Assembly (NCBI GenBank): GCA_964035545.1
Contig: CAXIUT010000230.1
Span: 1,784,185 to 1,848,184, forward strand
Source of the DNA: Bugula neritina
Lineage: Eukaryota > Animalia > Bryozoa
Length of the DNA: 64,000 nt
Reading direction: 5' to 3'
This document shows, piece by piece, positions 62,640-64,000 of the stretch (the first letter of the stretch is position 1; each line of letters starts with the position of its first letter). A program made the position numbers and the translations under genes. A model generated the notes under the pieces. That model ran no database searches, was not told where the DNA came from, and saw nothing but the letters and a program-made list of their open reading frames with translations.

Positions 62640-63452
62640 CAATTGCAAAATGCATGCTTCTAAAAGCTAGTTGTGCAACTTTTTTTATGCATTATTTAAT
62701 TTCATATCTTAAATTGATGACTCTTGAAATGATTTTTTAAAATGTCTAAATTAAGTGTTGATAAAATGCAATTAAAAATTGCATGTCTACAAAAAGGACC
62801 TGGTACACTTTTGCATTTTAAGGCCAATTATTACATAACTGCCAGCTTAGTAGCTATTTGTTGTTGCAGCTTGAATGGGTAATTGTTTAGCATTGACAGC
62901 TTGTAGTAAAAGTCTGTGAATTTGGTACATGATTTTGATTGGCTGGTTTTTGAATGTATATGCATTTGGATGGCTGGGTAGTGTAGACTCCGCCTACATC
63001 TAGCTAATGTACAGTAGCCAATCGACAGTAGTATTACAAAATTTCTGTTTAAAAAATGAAATATTCTGGTCATTTGTTTTGTACTTTACAATAGTAAATA
63101 TTCTATTCAACTAGAATTTTATTGTATGTAAGCCATGGGAACTACTAAGAGGTTAAATCAACCACCCATGCTGATAATATTGTAGCTCGCAGTAATAGCA
63201 AGTCCACAACCATATAAATATACACATGAGCTATTATGTGCAGCTTATGAATGCTGAAAAAACCCCATTTCTTACCTTCAATTTGAAAAAAATTGTATTA
63301 CATGTTCTGCCACTTCTGCACCAAGAATGTGTTTTCCTTATAAATTTTAAAAATTGTAGTCAGTTTCTGCAGCAGCCAACATCCACAATAAACAACATAA
63401 GCTTTCAAATAAACTATAAATAAATGAAATATTAGTGTGGAAAAAAATGTAA

Positions 63453-63462
63453 TTTATTTATT
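63453..63462 (-). terminator. Putative polyadenylation signal (two overlapping AATAAA) of the transposase gene
   Basis: + strand TTTATTTATT lies ~85-95 bp downstream of the transposase stop codon. The AT-rich context makes a chance match plausible. Confidence 0.3.
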
Positions 63463-63546
63463 GCTATGATGAAAATTACAAGAAAATTTATATAAAAACT
63501 AGATATAGATTTCTAATGAAATGGCACAGGTAAAAATAACTCATTT

Positions 63547-63900
63547 TTACTTCAAATTCCAAATTTCATCAGTCACCAATGGTGGCTGTAGATTACAGAG
63601 AGCACAGCAGACTATCATAATCTTGTCTATTAGAGGTGCCAACACCAAGTTCACACCTCCAGGACCATTTAAAATATTGAACTCCTTTATCCTTTTGATT
63701 GCTCTTTCGACATGGATTCGAAGGTTAGCAATCAACTTTGTTCGCAATAACTGCATTTTAGTCATTTGCAAATGGCCTCTTTTCCCAGGTGGTATGGCCA
63801 ACTTGGCTCCAGTGCCTATAACTTTTTCTTCAATAAGAAAGCCTCTATCTGCCATGACCACATCACCTGGGTTTATGAAGTCTAAAAACCCAGAGTCATT
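63547..63900 (-). pseudogene. 5'-truncated DDE transposase (DDE_Tnp_4-like, ISL2EU/Harbinger type), C-terminal ~117 aa
   Basis: Translation NDSGFLDFINPGDVVMADRGFLIEE...LAIPPGKRG..QMT......KLIANLRIHVERAIKRIKEFNIL...IDKIMIVCCALCNLQPPL contains the family motifs ADRGF (second catalytic D), RIHVERAI (catalytic E) and CALCNL.PPL. Upstream, the frame runs into the TIR and hits TAA at 63,918-63,916, so the N-terminal domains and first D are missing. Confidence 0.9.
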
Positions 63901-63902
63901 AT

Positions 63903-63986
63903 AACTTGCAGAATTTTATATCAGTTACAATGGTAGAACATTGACCTGGTACACTTCGCTGATTGACTGAGTTTTACATGGTCTAT
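63903..63986 (-). repeat. Right terminal inverted repeat
   Basis: Reverse complement reads ATAGACCATGTAAAACTCAGTCAATCAGCGAAGTGTACCAGGTCAATGTTCTACCATTGTAACTGATATAAAATTCTGCAAGTT. Confidence 0.93.
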
Positions 63987-64000
63987 TGAATTGACAGCCT

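Larger units (their letters stand above)
62556..63986 (-). mobile_element. Non-autonomous (internally deleted) TIR DNA transposon, probably ISL2EU / PIF-Harbinger superfamily, ~1.43 kb including the putative AT target-site duplication
   Basis: 84-bp inverted repeats (62,556-62,639 vs 63,903-63,986; 78/84 identical, no gaps) enclose a DDE transposase C-terminus. Ends read AT|AGAC...GTCT|AT, which fits the AT TSD and RR..YY termini I recall for ISL2EU. Similarity stops immediately outside the AT. Confidence 0.8.

Noticed and set aside
62145-63073. ORFs at 62145(-), 62231(+) and 62831(-)
   Set aside because: Short, with no motifs; expected by chance in AT-rich DNA.
63226-63423. Plus-strand ORF (SYYVQLM...) as a remnant of the ISL2EU YqaJ exonuclease
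   Set aside because: Only a vague resemblance to the YYxQxQ motif, and the downstream conserved pattern is absent. It would need an HMM search.
63521-63904. 127-aa plus-strand ORF
   Set aside because: Antisense shadow of the transposase frame.

Overview
Eukaryotic, AT-rich, essentially gene-free window. About 95% (1-61,030) is one uniformly oriented tandem satellite of a degenerate 10-bp monomer (ACATACTGCA / ACATACTGAA / ATAYACTGYA, often as a 20-bp dimer). The array has nested higher-order structure: 10 bp -> 20 bp -> a ~700-770-bp module marked by an ATGAATGGTAAACTAG box and two 9-bp register-shifting units -> local higher-order repeats (3.9/4.4 kb, 8.3 kb, 1,466 bp, 5,310 bp offset, 3 x 3,115 bp). 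It decays toward its right edge and is interrupted once by a ~307-bp unique insert (57,427-57,733) that looks like a captured coding fragment. The hundreds of minus-strand C/V/S/Q/Y/F-rich ORFs are artefacts of the stop-free reverse strand of the decamer. The 3 kb of unique flank contains a ~1.43-kb DNA transposon derivative (62,556-63,986) with 84-bp inverted repeats, a probable AT target-site duplication and the C-terminal part of a DDE_Tnp_4-type (ISL2EU / PIF-Harbinger superfamily) transposase. I find no support for a novel gene-encoded system. The noteworthy items are the satellite architecture, the captured insert, and the transposon whose inverted repeats carry inward-facing CCAAT+TATA motifs. 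All alignments were made by eye or from ORF-track offsets, so block boundaries are approximate.
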